This document shows positions 49,246 through 57,997 of a stretch of 64,000 nt of DNA, piece after piece. The DNA is taken from the NCBI GenBank assembly GCA_963850905.1, contig CAWKMU010000003.1, positions 3,392,001 to 3,456,000 on the forward strand, in the 5' to 3' direction. How positions within the stretch are numbered: position 1 is the first letter of the stretch; every line of letters begins with the position of its first letter. The stretch comes from an uncultured Gemmatimonadales bacterium (lineage in GTDB: Bacteria > Gemmatimonadota > Gemmatimonadetes > Gemmatimonadales > Gemmatimonadaceae). Under the pieces are notes generated by a model, which was not told where the DNA came from, searched no databases, and was given only the letters and a program-made list of their open reading frames with translations. The translations under genes and the position numbers were made by a program.

Positions 49246-50440
49246 GCATCATCCCTTCGACTCGATCCAGGATCGCGTCCGCGACGTCGATCTTTGCGAG
49301 AAGCGGCATCTCTTCGACCTCGCCATCCCCGACGAGAAAGCTCACGCGATTGGTATCGCCGGCAAAGCCGGCGCCAGGCTCCGAAGCGTCGTTCACGACC
49401 ACCATGTCCAGCGCCTTGCGCTGCAGCTTCGATCGACCGCCGGCCAGCGCCGCCTCGGTCTCCAGCGCAAACCCGACGATGATCGCCGACGGACCGCGCA
49501 GCCCGCGAGTCTCCACGAGAATGTCCTCGGTCGGCACGAGCGGAATGGCGCGAGGCGCCGTGTCTTTCTTGATCTTCTGCGGCGCCGCTGCTGCGGGGCG
49601 AAAATCCGCAGGCGCCGCCGCCATGACGAACACGTCGGCCGACCCGAGCTGTTGCGAAACCGCGGCACGCATGTCTTCGGCCGTCTCGATCGTGATGATT
49701 GTCGGTCCAACGGGGAGCGGCACCGAGAGGGGGCCCGCGATGAGCGTCACGTCCGCGCCGCGCCGCCACGCTGCGGCAGCCACCGCCACCCCCATTTTCC
49801 CGCTGCTCCGGTTCGAGAGAAATCGTACTGGATCGACGGGCTCGCGCGTGGGACCTGCGGTCACCAGGATCCGGCGGCCGCGCAGTAAGCCATCGGCATC
49901 CAACAACCGACCGACGTGCGCGAGAATGGTCTCCGGCTCGGGCATTCGCCCTGGACCGCTACCCTCCCCCGCGGCGAGCGGGCCTTCGTCCGGATCGAGC
50001 ACGTGGTAGCCGAGGCCGCGCAGATGTGCGGTATTGCGGACCGTCTGCCGATGCGCCCACATCCGGTCGTTCATCGCCGGAACGAGCAGCACCGGCGCAT
50101 CCGACGCGAGGAGGCACGCGGCGAGCAGGTCGTCCGAGCGCCCCTGCGCGGCCCGCGCCATGAAGTCGGCCGTGGCCGGCGCCACGACTATGGCGTGCGC
50201 CGACCGCGCGAGCGCGATGTGGTCGAGCGCGTGCCCTGCCGCAATCAGGTCGGTGTGCACGGGGCGGCCGGTCAGGGCTTCGAATGTGATTGCGCCGACG
50301 AACTCCTGCGCGGCCGCCGTCATGACGACGTCGACCTCCGCGCCGGCCCCGCTCAAGAGTCGTGCGAGCCAGGCCGCCTTATAGCTCGCAATGCCGCCCG
50401 TGACGCCGAGGACGATCCGGCGATTAGCGAACGGGCGCAC
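49235..50440 (-). CDS. coaBC: Bifunctional phosphopantothenoylcysteine decarboxylase/ligase
   Basis: GVTGGIASYK, PAMN, TAGPTREPVDPVRFLSNRSSGKMG, VGFALET. Confidence 0.96.
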   Translation of the reverse strand: MRPFANRRIVLGVTGGIASYKAAWLARLLSGAGAEVDVVMTAAAQEFVGAITFEALTGRPVHTDLIAAGHALDHIALARSAHAIVVAPATADFMARAAQGRSDDLLAACLLASDAPVLLVPAMNDRMWAHRQTVRNTAHLRGLGYHVLDPDEGPLAAGEGSGPGRMPEPETILAHVGRLLDADGLLRGRRILVTAGPTREPVDPVRFLSNRSSGKMGVAVAAAAWRRGADVTLIAGPLSVPLPVGPTIITIETAEDMRAAVSQQLGSADVFVMAAAPADFRPAAAAPQKIKKDTAPRAIPLVPTEDILVETRGLRGPSAIIVGFALETEAALAGGRSKLQRKALDMVVVNDASEPGAGFAGDTNRVSFLVGDGEVEEMPLLAKIDVADAILDRVEGMMRGR

Positions 50441-50471
50441 CGCGACTGTGCCTCTCGTTCCGACTGGCCAG

Positions 50472-50681
50472 CTACTCGGCGCGACGCCGCGGCACCACGC
50501 GGTACTGGATCTGCCCGGTCGTCAACTCTTCCAGCGACCGCGTCGTGAGCTTCTTCTCTTTGCTCGACGATCGATCGCGTGGAAACTCATTGAGCCCACG
50601 AGCGTACTTCGCCGCGACGAGCACGCCGAGATACTTGTTCGTCGAACGCGCAGCGACTTCGCTGGGGGTGAATACACGCAT
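50472..50681 (-). CDS. rpoZ: RNA polymerase omega subunit
   Basis: NKYLGVLVAAKYAR; lies between gmk and coaBC. Confidence 0.85.
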   Translation of the reverse strand: MRVFTPSEVAARSTNKYLGVLVAAKYARGLNEFPRDRSSSKEKKLTTRSLEELTTGQIQYRVVPRRRAE

Positions 50682-50694
50682 TGTCAGACCTCGC

Positions 50695-51354
50695 CTAACT
50701 GTGAAGGTCCCGAGCTCGCAGTGCCGCGATGTCTCGGTCCAAACCCTGCACCAACTCCATCACCCGGGCCGCAAGCTGCTCCCCGCCGCGCTCCCGACGT
50801 ACCTGTTCGGCGTCGATGATGGCCGACACCTCGCAGATCGCGCGGTCGAGGTCACCATTGACCACGACGTACTGATACCAATCTATGGACGCAAGCTCGT
50901 GCTTGGCGGTTTCGAGCCGGATGAGGAGATCCTTGGGATCCTCGGTACGGCGCGCCTGAAGCCGAGCGAGCAACACATCCGCGGAAGGCGGCAACAAGAA
51001 AACCAGGAGTGAATCCGGGAAGGCCTCTCGGAACTGCCGCGCGCCCTGCACGTCGATGTCCATAATGACGTGTTGGCCCCGCGCCAGCACCCGCTCGACC
51101 TCTCGCCGGAGCGTCCCGTACAGTTTCCCGTGCACCTCCGCTGACTCGGCGAATTCCCCGCGCTCCCGCTTCGCCACGAACTCGCCGTGCGTGAGGAAAT
51201 GATAATCGCGACCCTCGACCTCGTCATGTCGCGGCAGGCGAGTCGTCGCCGACACCGAATATCCCAGATCGGTGCGGCTCGCCAGGAGGCGCTTCGTGAT
51301 CGTGGTCTTTCCGCCCCCAGACGGTGCGGAGAGAATGATCGGGAACGGACTCAT
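50695..51354 (-). CDS. gmk: Guanylate kinase
   Basis: SAPSGGGKTT, SATTR, YGT, DIDVQGA. Confidence 0.96.
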   Translation of the reverse strand: MSPFPIILSAPSGGGKTTITKRLLASRTDLGYSVSATTRLPRHDEVEGRDYHFLTHGEFVAKRERGEFAESAEVHGKLYGTLRREVERVLARGQHVIMDIDVQGARQFREAFPDSLLVFLLPPSADVLLARLQARRTEDPKDLLIRLETAKHELASIDWYQYVVVNGDLDRAICEVSAIIDAEQVRRERGGEQLAARVMELVQGLDRDIAALRARDLHS

Positions 51355-51407
51355 CGGCGCGTGCAAAAGAGTGCGAGAGGTGTCACCTGAGTCGGCGGCA
51401 ACCGAGA

Positions 51408-52296
51408 TCACTCGAGATTGTCCACTTGTTCACGGATGCGCTCGAGCTCCTCTTTGATCAATACGACGTCTTGCAGCATCCCGGCGTCATTTGCCTTGCT
51501 CCCGGTCGTATTGGCCTCCCGGAGCATTTCCTGAACGAGAAACCCCAGGCGCTTCCCCACCCCATCCACCGCGCCATCGCGCAATGCGGTCCGGAATGCA
51601 TCAATGTGCGATCCGAACCGGTCGAGCTCTTCACTCACATCGAGCCGGTCCGCGAGAAACGCGATCTCCTGCGCGATCCGCTGGTCGTCCACGACCGCCC
51701 CGTCCGTCAGGACGCGGACTGCCTCTCGCAAACGATCGCGTGCCTCGATCAACCGGTCCGGCGCTCGAGCCGCCAACCGCGTCACGGCAGCTTCCACGAG
51801 GGTCAGGCGCTCGTGTAGCAACACCGTGAGCCGAGCACCTTCCGCCTCCCGCATCGCTGACAGGTGAGTGAGAGCGGTGTCCACGACTCCGAGCAGCTGA
51901 GTCCCATCCGCGTCCGTCGCAGTATCGTCCGACTCCGAGACGAGGACATCCGGCAGCCGCAGGACCGTGGCGAGATCGATCTCGCCGCCCAACGCATATC
52001 GCTGCTTGAGTCCGGCCAGCGTCGTCACGTAGCTGGCGAACCGTGCTTCGTCGATGCCGGCACCACCAGCCGTTCCGTCCATCTGCCATCGCATCGCGAC
52101 AGAGACATGGCCACGCGGAGATGTGCTTGCGAAGAAGCTCGCGCACATCGGCTTCCCAACGGCTGTAGCGCGTCGGAAGTTTGATGCTCGGATTGAAGAA
52201 ACGGTGGTTGACGGTGCGGATCTCGACGGTGACGTGGGCGTGGCCGACCCCACCATCAGCCGTCCCGAACCCCGTCATGCTCCGGATGATCGGCAA
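51408..52296 (-). CDS. yicC: YicC/YloC family endoribonuclease; frameshift near 52115
   Basis: IRSMTGFG, RTVNHRF, DVSEELDRF, GKRLGFLVQEMLREANTTGSK, REQVDNLE. Confidence 0.92.
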
Positions 52297-52302
52297 GGGC
52301 CT

Positions 52303-52331
52303 AAGTTATGACGGGACAATAACATTGTCAA
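52303..52331 (-). promoter_or_regulatory. Putative sigma70 promoter TTGACA-N17-TAACTT overlapped by the palindrome GACAAT-N3-ATTGTC
   Basis: Perfect -35 at 52326-52331, -10 at 52303-52308, palindrome at 52315-52329. Confidence 0.7.
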
Positions 52332-52391
52332 TCCAACTGATGTGGTTCTGATGCCACCACACACCGGTCGCGGCGGTGCATCGCGGCGCGC

Positions 52392-54362
52392 TCAATTCCA
52401 AAAGCTCCATCGAATGCCGTAGAGGTTGAGCGTGCGCGGCATGATGTACCCCGGGACCAGATTGTACGGGTAGCCAAGCAGGTTGCGCAATTGCCACGTG
52501 ATGGTGCCCTGCAGGATGCGGATCTCCAGCAGTGACGATGCCACAATGGCGCCGGTGCTTTCCTCTGGGCCGGTGCTCGTTGGAAAGAGCACCTTCGTCT
52601 GGTAGTCGAGACTGCCGCTCACTTTGATGTGGAAATCTCCCCTCGGAAACTTCTTGAGGAGTGACGTCTCGAGCGACAGCTCGCCTCGCGCTGCGTAGTG
52701 GGGTCGGTAGAACGCCTCCGAACCCCAATCGACAGCGTAGAAGTCTGCCGTCAACAGGCCAAACATCGACCCGCGGATCGTCCCGTAGTATCCCGTCATG
52801 CGACCGAGTGCGGCCGGCGTGAATGTCGTGTCGTAGATCGCCAAGCCCTGCACCAGCGCCGTATCTCGCGTGATCACGCCGCCGCTCACCCACAGCTGGC
52901 TCAGTCGAAAGCCAGCTTCGCCACGCATCGACGTAGAGGTTGGAGGTGCATCCGATCCGCCGCCATTGGACGTGGTCCGAGCGACATCGCCGAGGAGGCT
53001 GATGAACGGCAGTGGCGTCAAACGAACCGTGCCCTCCTCCGTGTTGATCCCGAGTAGCCGCTTGCGGTTGAGAGAATCCAGTGTTGGCCACGCGGTTGGC
53101 GCGTTGTTCTCGACGAACGCCTCGATGGCGAGTGGCCCGCTGCCCCAGGATGCACGCAGGGACGGCGAGTTCATGGTCCCCTTGCTCCCAAAGATCCGCA
53201 GGCGTTCGGTGCCCGTGAATCGAATACCCCATTCGGAAAACCCGCCCGTCGCGACGTATTGGGATTCCGAGTTGGTCGTGTCGACCGATGTCGTGGTCGA
53301 CGTGATCGTGGTGGTGGTGGTCGGCGTCGTCACGAGCGTCGACGTGGCGATAGGGCTCGAGTTCTTGAACGACTGCGAGCCGGCGATGACCTGCGCCCAG
53401 ACGCCCTGGTCGGGATTGCCGAAGCCGCCACGCACGTAGGCGTTGGTGTAGGTCTTTTCGAAGTCAGGCAGCCCCGGGGCCGTGGACACGGTCCCATTGA
53501 GCTCGACCCGCGCGAGTGCGTCCATGCCGCGCCGATACCGATCGACGAACGCATCGAACGCCCACGGGCCTCCGGCCCACCCGACTCGCCCGATGATCGA
53601 GGTGCCGACGCCACCTCCTCCATACGGCCCGATATTGGTGAATTGCTGGGCGGCGAATTGAACGTTGCCGCCGTTCTTCAGCCGCTCCCCGAAGAATGCG
53701 CGGTAGAGATTGGTCTCCTGGTTGCCAGTCAGCACGTCCGCGCGCGTCGTTGGCGTGACGTGGTCGACCGCCCAGGTGCGGACGTACACGCGGAGCTCGT
53801 CGGCGCCAACCTCGACGGCCACATCCTGGAGGGTCCAGAGCTCGATGGTGCCGAAATCCTGCAGGCCGCGCATCCCGGGATCGATCGGATCGGTCTCGAG
53901 CCCGTCATAATAGACCCGGATGCGCGCGGGGTTGCCGAGGTACGTACCGACCATCGGCGTCGAAATCCACCCCGCCGCGAACATCTCGAAGCCCGGCACG
54001 CGAGTGAGCAGGTCGGCGAGCGTGAGTGCGCCGGACGCGAAGAGTTGGTCCCGATCCCAGTGGTAGCTGGGCCCGACGCTCAACAATCGGGGCGTCTGGG
54101 CTCGCAGAAGCGGGGCTTTGAGCTTCGTTGTGTCGGGATGGAACGACAACAGGATGCTGTCTGCTTTCGATACCCGCCGATGCGCGGTATCTGGCGGCAG
54201 CGTGTCGAGGCGCACCGAATCGGAAGGCAGTGGAACCGCATGCGACGCCGAGTCGCGACGCGCCCGCGCGGAATCCGAGGCCGTGACTTGGGCCCCGGCC
54301 TCCTTGACGGCGCATCCCAACGCCACGCCAGCAGCCGTGGCCAGAAGGACCCACAGCCGCAC
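52392..54362 (-). CDS. Outer-membrane protein with a TonB-receptor-plug-like domain and putative beta-barrel; start uncertain
   Basis: Signal-peptide-like N-terminus; plug-like RDQLFASGALTLADLLTRVPG...VYYDG; alternating beta-strand pattern; aromatic C-terminus GIRWSFWN. Confidence 0.65.
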   Translation of the reverse strand: MRLWVLLATAAGVALGCAVKEAGAQVTASDSARARRDSASHAVPLPSDSVRLDTLPPDTAHRRVSKADSILLSFHPDTTKLKAPLLRAQTPRLLSVGPSYHWDRDQLFASGALTLADLLTRVPGFEMFAAGWISTPMVGTYLGNPARIRVYYDGLETDPIDPGMRGLQDFGTIELWTLQDVAVEVGADELRVYVRTWAVDHVTPTTRADVLTGNQETNLYRAFFGERLKNGGNVQFAAQQFTNIGPYGGGGVGTSIIGRVGWAGGPWAFDAFVDRYRRGMDALARVELNGTVSTAPGLPDFEKTYTNAYVRGGFGNPDQGVWAQVIAGSQSFKNSSPIATSTLVTTPTTTTTITSTTTSVDTTNSESQYVATGGFSEWGIRFTGTERLRIFGSKGTMNSPSLRASWGSGPLAIEAFVENNAPTAWPTLDSLNRKRLLGINTEEGTVRLTPLPFISLLGDVARTTSNGGGSDAPPTSTSMRGEAGFRLSQLWVSGGVITRDTALVQGLAIYDTTFTPAALGRMTGYYGTIRGSMFGLLTADFYAVDWGSEAFYRPHYAARGELSLETSLLKKFPRGDFHIKVSGSLDYQTKVLFPTSTGPEESTGAIVASSLLEIRILQGTITWQLRNLLGYPYNLVPGYIMPRTLNLYGIRWSFWN

Positions 54363-54406
54363 GACACGAGGTCTCCGCGCCGTCCGGCGTGCACGAGCAC
54401 TGATGG

Positions 54407-55885
54407 TCAGTGCACCCGCCCGCGGGCGAATTCTACGAACATTCCGACTGGTACACCGGTTGGCCCCTTTGGGATCGCCACTAGGTCCGTTTCGGAGTAC
54501 GCCGTCCCGGCGATGTCGAGATGCACCCATGGGGTATCCCCGACGAATTCTTGCAGGAACTTCGCGGCCGTGATAGCGCCACCCGGCCGGCCGCCAGTGT
54601 TCTTGATGTCGGCGACGTCGGACTTGATCGCGTCCTGGTAGTCGTCCCAGACCGGCATCCGCCAGCCCCGCTCGCACGCGCGGTCCCCCGCGGCGAGTAC
54701 CTCGGCCACCAGCGCGTCGTCGTTGCCGAACACGCCGGTCGCCACATGCCCCAGGGCGATGACACACGCGCCGGTGAGGGTCGCGGCATCGACGATGGCG
54801 GTGGGATCGAAGCGTCGGACGTACGTGAGGACGTCAGCCAGGACGAGCCGGCCCTCGGCGTCCGTGTTGATCACCTCGATCGACTTGCCCGACGAGGCGT
54901 GAACGACATCGCCCGGCTTGACCGCGGTGCCCGACGGCATGTTGGTCGTCGCGCCGATCGCTCCCACGACGTTGATCGGCAAACGGAGCCGAGCGATGGC
55001 CTCGAACGCACCTAGGACCCCTGCCGCCCCGCACATGTCGAACTTCATGAACTCCATGCCATTTGCCGGTTTGATGGAGATCCCGCCGCTGTCGAAGCAC
55101 AGGCCCTTGCCCACGAGCGCGATGGGTTTCGCTGTCGGCGCGGCCCCACGGTATTCCAGCACGATGAGCTTGGGATCTTGCGGGGTCCCTTGCGCAACGC
55201 ACAAAAACGCGCCCATCCGCAGCGCCTCCATCTCCGCTCGCCCGAGCACGGCAACGTCGACATTGTGCCGCCGACCGAGATCGCGCGCCGTTTCCACGAG
55301 ATAGTCCGGCGTGCACAGGTTCCCAGGCATCATGCCGAGACGACGCGCCAGATCATGTCCCGCCGCGAGCGCTCGCGCGGCGGCGAGACCGGCCTCGACG
55401 CGGGCAGGATCGTCGACGTGAATCGTCGCAGCCGACAGCGGGGTCCGTCGGTCTTCGGCCGACGGTGGCGTCTTGAGGTCCGTGTATTCCCAGCAGCCGA
55501 GGGCCAATCCCGCGCCGATCTGCTCCACATCGCTGGCCGACGCGGCGCCGGCAAACCACGTCAGCGATCCCACGCCCATACCGTGCGCTCGGCGACCCGC
55601 CAACGACCCCGCACGCCGCAACATGGCGTGCCGGTCGGTGCCACGACCGAGACCGACCAACAGGACTCGGGCCGGCCCCCGCGTGCCGCCGGCCAGGTGC
55701 AAGACCTCGTCGCGCGCGCCACGAAAGTCACGGCGCTCAATCGCACGCGCGAGCGCGCCGCTGAGCGCCGCGTCGACCCCGGTCAGGGCTGGCGGTGGCG
55801 CCGAGTCTGCAGCCAGTGGCACGACGAGGAGGGGAGTCTCGAGCGCCGCCAGGTCGAGGCGCTGAGCCGACAACGTGAGAGGCAT
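54407..55885 (-). CDS. pepA: Leucyl aminopeptidase (M17)
   Basis: VGKGLCFDSGG, MKFDMCGA, NTDAEGRL, WVHLDIAG. Confidence 0.96.
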   Translation of the reverse strand: MPLTLSAQRLDLAALETPLLVVPLAADSAPPPALTGVDAALSGALARAIERRDFRGARDEVLHLAGGTRGPARVLLVGLGRGTDRHAMLRRAGSLAGRRAHGMGVGSLTWFAGAASASDVEQIGAGLALGCWEYTDLKTPPSAEDRRTPLSAATIHVDDPARVEAGLAAARALAAGHDLARRLGMMPGNLCTPDYLVETARDLGRRHNVDVAVLGRAEMEALRMGAFLCVAQGTPQDPKLIVLEYRGAAPTAKPIALVGKGLCFDSGGISIKPANGMEFMKFDMCGAAGVLGAFEAIARLRLPINVVGAIGATTNMPSGTAVKPGDVVHASSGKSIEVINTDAEGRLVLADVLTYVRRFDPTAIVDAATLTGACVIALGHVATGVFGNDDALVAEVLAAGDRACERGWRMPVWDDYQDAIKSDVADIKNTGGRPGGAITAAKFLQEFVGDTPWVHLDIAGTAYSETDLVAIPKGPTGVPVGMFVEFARGRVH

Positions 55886-56061
55886 TGGGGAGTGAGAAAA
55901 GGCCGATCAGCGTGCGCAGTGAGCCTAGCAAAGTACGCCGAGCCCAGGACGGTGACTAGCGGCCCGCGGTCATTCCGCAGGGCGCGCGGACGCCGTTGTG
56001 GCCCAGCAATATCCGCGCGCTTTCCTGCCTGCTGACCCTAGATCCCTGGCCAGAAGATCTC

Positions 56062-56109
56062 TTGTCGTAATGACGACATATTGACGTTGTAGATCTGTTG
56101 TCATAATGT
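56062..56109 (+). promoter_or_regulatory. Putative promoter TTGACG-N17-TAATGT with two TTGTCRTAATG repeats
   Basis: -35 at 56081-56086, -10 at 56104-56109; repeats at 56062-56072 and 56098-56108; AT-rich patch. Confidence 0.55.
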
Positions 56110-56112
56110 GTA

Positions 56113-56147
56113 CGTGCAACGTCCAGCGTCCAACGTCCAACGTCTGG
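56113..56147. repeat. Heptamer tandem repeat CGTCCA(G/A)-like x5
   Basis: cgtgcaa cgtccag cgtccaa cgtccaa cgtctgg. Confidence 0.78.
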
Positions 56148-56167
56148 CGCCTTGCTATAGGAGCACG

Positions 56168-56449
56168 GTGGTGCGCACGAACAACGCACGAGAGTCGGCG
56201 AGGCGAAAGAAGGCCTTTGGCGATGGCCTGGCCACGCTGCTCGGCCGCGACGCCCGGAGTGTCGCGACGGACCTCGGGATCACCCCGAGCGGGTTGTACG
56301 CACTGGCCCGCCGCGGGGCGCCGCAGATGCCGTCCGCGGAGCGCTTGCGCGAGCTGGCGCTCGTGTGCGAGGCGGAAGCCGAGCGCCTGTCTCTGGCGGC
56401 GCGGGTGCTCCACCACGAGGCCTATCGAGTCGATGCGTTGCTAAAGTGA
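56168..56449 (+). CDS. Small putative helix-turn-helix protein (93 aa)
   Basis: AGGAG precedes the GTG. ARSVATDLGITPSGLYALARRG resembles an HTH and is followed by a helical C-terminus. Confidence 0.6.
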   Translation: MVRTNNARESARRKKAFGDGLATLLGRDARSVATDLGITPSGLYALARRGAPQMPSAERLRELALVCEAEAERLSLAARVLHHEAYRVDALLK

Positions 56450-56485
56450 GGACAAACGGCATGCTATGATCGCTTGCCCATGTGA

Positions 56486-57997
56486 TTATCCACCACTCGA
56501 CGCGCGACGGCCAGGCGGATGACGGCGCGCCCAATCGGCGAGGACGGCCCGGGCCGCGTGGTAGCCGCACATCCCGTGGACGCCGCCGCCCGGCGGTGTG
56601 GACGAGGAGCAGAGATAGAGACCGGGCGCGCCGAGTCGATACGGCGCGCGACCGAGGAGCGGCCGAAACACGAGCTGCTGCAGGGTGTTCGCACCACCAC
56701 TGATGTCGCCCCCGACGAGGTTGGCATCGTAACTCTCGAGACGCGCGGGAGGCATCAGCGACCGGGCGAGCACGACATCCCGAAAGCCAGGGGCGAATCG
56801 CTCGACCTGTGCCTCGATCCGCGCTGCCATATCCATCGTCGACCCATTCGGGACATGGCAGTATGCCCACGCGGTGTGGCGGCCCGACGGCGCGCGCGAG
56901 GGATCGAACAGGGAGGGTTGCACCAACAGGACGAAGGGCCGCTCGGCGTGCTCACCCTGCCATGGTGCCGCTTCCGAGGCCACCATCTCCGCCAACGTGC
57001 CACCCAGGTGCACGGTCGCCGCTCCGGCGCAGGCGGGATCGCGCCAGGGGATCGGCGCCGAGAGCGCCCAGTCGACCTTGTACACACCGGGGCCGTACCG
57101 GTACCTCGTGAGGCCGGCACCGATCCCGCGGGACAGGCGGTTGCCGGCGACCTGGAGGACCTGTCGCGGCGTGAGATCGAGGAGGATCGCATCGGCGGGA
57201 CCGACGTCGGTCACGGACCGCACGGGGGTGCCAGTTTGGATGGTACCACTCAAAGCCGAGAGGTAGCGGACGAGCGCGCTAGCCAAGGCCCCTGCCCCGC
57301 CGCGGGGAATCGGCCATCCCACCGCATGGCCGGCAAGCGCCAGCACCAGACCGAATGCCGATGACCCAACCGCTGTCAGCGGCAGTACGCTATGGGCCGC
57401 GAGGCCGGCAAACAGCGCGCGGGCGCGAGCACCGGCAAATGTGCCACGCGCAACCGCCGTGGCACTCAACACGCCCCGCCCGCCAAATCGCACCAGGAGG
57501 CCCGGGTGTGCCGGGAGACGCAACGGCGGAAGCGGACCCAGGATGTCGTCACAGAGGTCGGCCCAGCGCTCGACGAACGGTCCAACGAGCGCGCGATATC
57601 GCGCCCCGTCGGGGTCGCCCAGGCCAGCCGCCGTTTCGTCCACCGACCGGTGCAACGCCACCGCCGGCGCGTTATCCAGAGGATGCGCCAGCGGGATGGC
57701 CGAATGCACCCATTCGAGGCCGTACGAGGCGAGGGGAAGACTGCGGAAAAACGGCGATGACAGGGCCAGGGGGTGGACGGCCGAGCCTACGTCATGCAAG
57801 AATCCCGGCAGTGTGAGCGCCTCCGACCTCACTCCGCCCCCAGGGACGTCAGCCGCCTCGCGTACGGCGACCGACCAACCAGCACGCGCCAATGCAACGG
57901 CGGCCGCGAGCCCATTTGGCCCGGATCCGACCACCACGGCGCGGCCCGGCTCACCCGCTTCGCCGCGCTGGTCGCTGGCCGCGCCGGCGTCCGACAT
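56486..57997 (-). CDS. NAD(P)/FAD-dependent oxidoreductase, phytoene-dehydrogenase-like
   Basis: VVVGSGPNGLAAA, HDVGSAVHP, NLVGGDISGG, LCSSSTPPGGGVHGMCG. Confidence 0.88.
   Translation of the reverse strand: MSDAGAASDQRGEAGEPGRAVVVGSGPNGLAAAVALARAGWSVAVREAADVPGGGVRSEALTLPGFLHDVGSAVHPLALSSPFFRSLPLASYGLEWVHSAIPLAHPLDNAPAVALHRSVDETAAGLGDPDGARYRALVGPFVERWADLCDDILGPLPPLRLPAHPGLLVRFGGRGVLSATAVARGTFAGARARALFAGLAAHSVLPLTAVGSSAFGLVLALAGHAVGWPIPRGGAGALASALVRYLSALSGTIQTGTPVRSVTDVGPADAILLDLTPRQVLQVAGNRLSRGIGAGLTRYRYGPGVYKVDWALSAPIPWRDPACAGAATVHLGGTLAEMVASEAAPWQGEHAERPFVLLVQPSLFDPSRAPSGRHTAWAYCHVPNGSTMDMAARIEAQVERFAPGFRDVVLARSLMPPARLESYDANLVGGDISGGANTLQQLVFRPLLGRAPYRLGAPGLYLCSSSTPPGGGVHGMCGYHAARAVLADWARRHPPGRRASSGG

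Noticed and set aside
57441..57995. 185-aa N-terminal extension of the LMF protein
   Set aside because: It overlaps the conserved oxidoreductase on the opposite strand and has no LMF-like character.
56486..57997. Carotenoid gene crtI
   Set aside because: It belongs to the broad phytoene-dehydrogenase-like family and there are no crtB or crtE neighbours, so the specific function is unsupported.
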